From a virus, in IMG/VR virus record IMGVR_UViG_3300043754_000046, positions 73,981-109,317 of that record: a stretch of 35,337 nt of DNA; one strand, written 5' to 3'. Below the pieces are notes generated by a model, which saw only the letters and a list, made by a program, of their open reading frames with translations, was not told the origin of the DNA and made no database searches. The translations under genes were made by a program, and so were the position numbers. Below are positions 34,470 to 35,337 of this stretch, one piece after another; position 1 is the first letter of the stretch; every line of letters starts with the position of its first letter.

Positions 34470-35258
34470 ATGGCTGGATTGCTTCCGCAGAACCGGGGCA
34501 ATAAATCGGCTACTCGTATCGGTCCTGTGGTAGCACGGCGACTGAAGAAAGCCGGAATCAACGTCTCATCGGCCGCACGCAAGGGGCGGAGCCAGGGAAT
34601 CTTTGTCTCAGCTCGCGGCGACCGGATTTCAGTTCTCATCGATCTCGATAGGCCCGAACCCATTATCAGCGAGCAGGCTTCGGAGATCGCAGCAGTCGTA
34701 ACCTCTTGGGGCCTCACCCCCGAGATCAGCGTCCGCAAAGTGGAGTCTGGCTTCATCGGCAATGTACGCTTCACACACCCGCTGCCTGCCCCAAAGGACT
34801 CCGCCCCTCGTCCTGCCAGCAAGGCTGCCGCAGACGACACCGAGTGGGGGCGCATTCAGAAGTCCACGGTCCACTCCGCTCTTCTTGCGGCTGGCCTCTG
34901 GACCGACGAGGGCTACACGACGGAGCAGGAGTCGACCACCCTCGTCCGGATCTCGTTCTCCGACGCTTCGCCGGAGCGCGATGAGCTCGTCGGCAAGGCG
35001 GAAGCAGCCCTCATCAAGAAGAAGTACAACGTTCAGCACGAGGACGGCAGTCTGATCGTGCGGAAGGCCAAGAAGCCGAAGAAGTTGTCGCCTCAGGAAC
35101 GAATGGCTCAAGCGGCTGCGGCCGTGGAAGCAGCTCCTGCCACACCCAAGCCTCCTGCCGAAGACCTCGGGAAGCCGGTCTACCACAAAGTAACAAAAGA
35201 GCTTGTTGGGTATCTGAGCAAAAAGCGGTTCATCTCGATTGAAGAGGTGCCAGAGTAA
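34470..35258 (+). CDS. Hypothetical protein
   Basis: GAGGAAGGGA RBS before ATG 34470. Confidence 0.78.
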   Translation: MAGLLPQNRGNKSATRIGPVVARRLKKAGINVSSAARKGRSQGIFVSARGDRISVLIDLDRPEPIISEQASEIAAVVTSWGLTPEISVRKVESGFIGNVRFTHPLPAPKDSAPRPASKAAADDTEWGRIQKSTVHSALLAAGLWTDEGYTTEQESTTLVRISFSDASPERDELVGKAEAALIKKKYNVQHEDGSLIVRKAKKPKKLSPQERMAQAAAAVEAAPATPKPPAEDLGKPVYHKVTKELVGYLSKKRFISIEEVPE

Positions 35259-35265
35259 CCCCACA

Positions 35266-35317
35266 CCTGCTCCTCCGGCTCCGGCCGGACGACGGTCCAT
35301 GACCGAGAGCAGGACCA
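35266..35317 (+). ncRNA. Mini-tRNA-like element 31 (ACCA end)
   Basis: CCTGCTC/GAGCAGG-ACCA; TCCGGC/GCCGGA; CGG-TCCATGA-CCG; near copy of element 30. Confidence 0.72.
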
Positions 35318-35337
35318 TGCGCGCTGGGGAGCGCGCA

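Noticed and set aside
17865-35317. CRISPR array or classical integron
   Set aside because: Repeats conserve structure rather than sequence and the intervals are whole genes with RBS; no cas genes, no evident attC R-box pattern, and the recombinase shows no obvious IntI-specific insertion.
18653-35317. Calling the mini-elements twister-sister ribozymes (TGCRAGT loops, GGGCRC ends)
   Set aside because: No consistent closing P1 or catalytic internal loop, while the 11-12 nt ruler and R-C/ACCA tail fit tRNA mimicry better. Self-cleavage should still be tested.

Overview
GC-rich actinobacteriophage DNA, probably from a large Streptomyces-type phage: the 5' end of a terminase large subunit lies at the left edge, with WhiJ/AbaA/DUF397-type regulators and in-frame TTA codons. 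Three parts. (1) 1-15.4 kb, mostly leftward genes: KTSC-like, MazG-like NTP pyrophosphatase, Lsr2-like, a secreted DxxWG peptide divergent from a LuxR-type regulator, JmjC oxygenase, DUF397, DUF6082-like, HATPase/XRE-DUF5753/DUF397 triad and GNAT, plus 3-4 tRNA-shaped RNAs with aberrant anticodon arms. (2) About 1.9 kb of divergent non-coding DNA with iteron-like repeats, an rRNA-leader boxA-like motif and a long structured leader. (3) 17.3-35.3 kb, a co-directional array of about 39 mostly small genes including a tyrosine recombinase. Main discovery: almost every spacer in this array holds a structured RNA. The first three are pistol self-cleaving ribozymes. The next 31 are anticodon-less mini-tRNAs (acceptor stem, small D-like hairpin, T-arm, always followed by R-C, six by ACCA), usually followed by a CCCGA(A/T)nTCGGG hairpin and a GAAAGGGGA ribosome-binding site. 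This suggests a ribozyme and tRNA-mimic 'punctuation' system that cuts one long transcript into single-gene mRNAs. All structures were folded by eye and protein families assigned by motif recognition; no database search was run.
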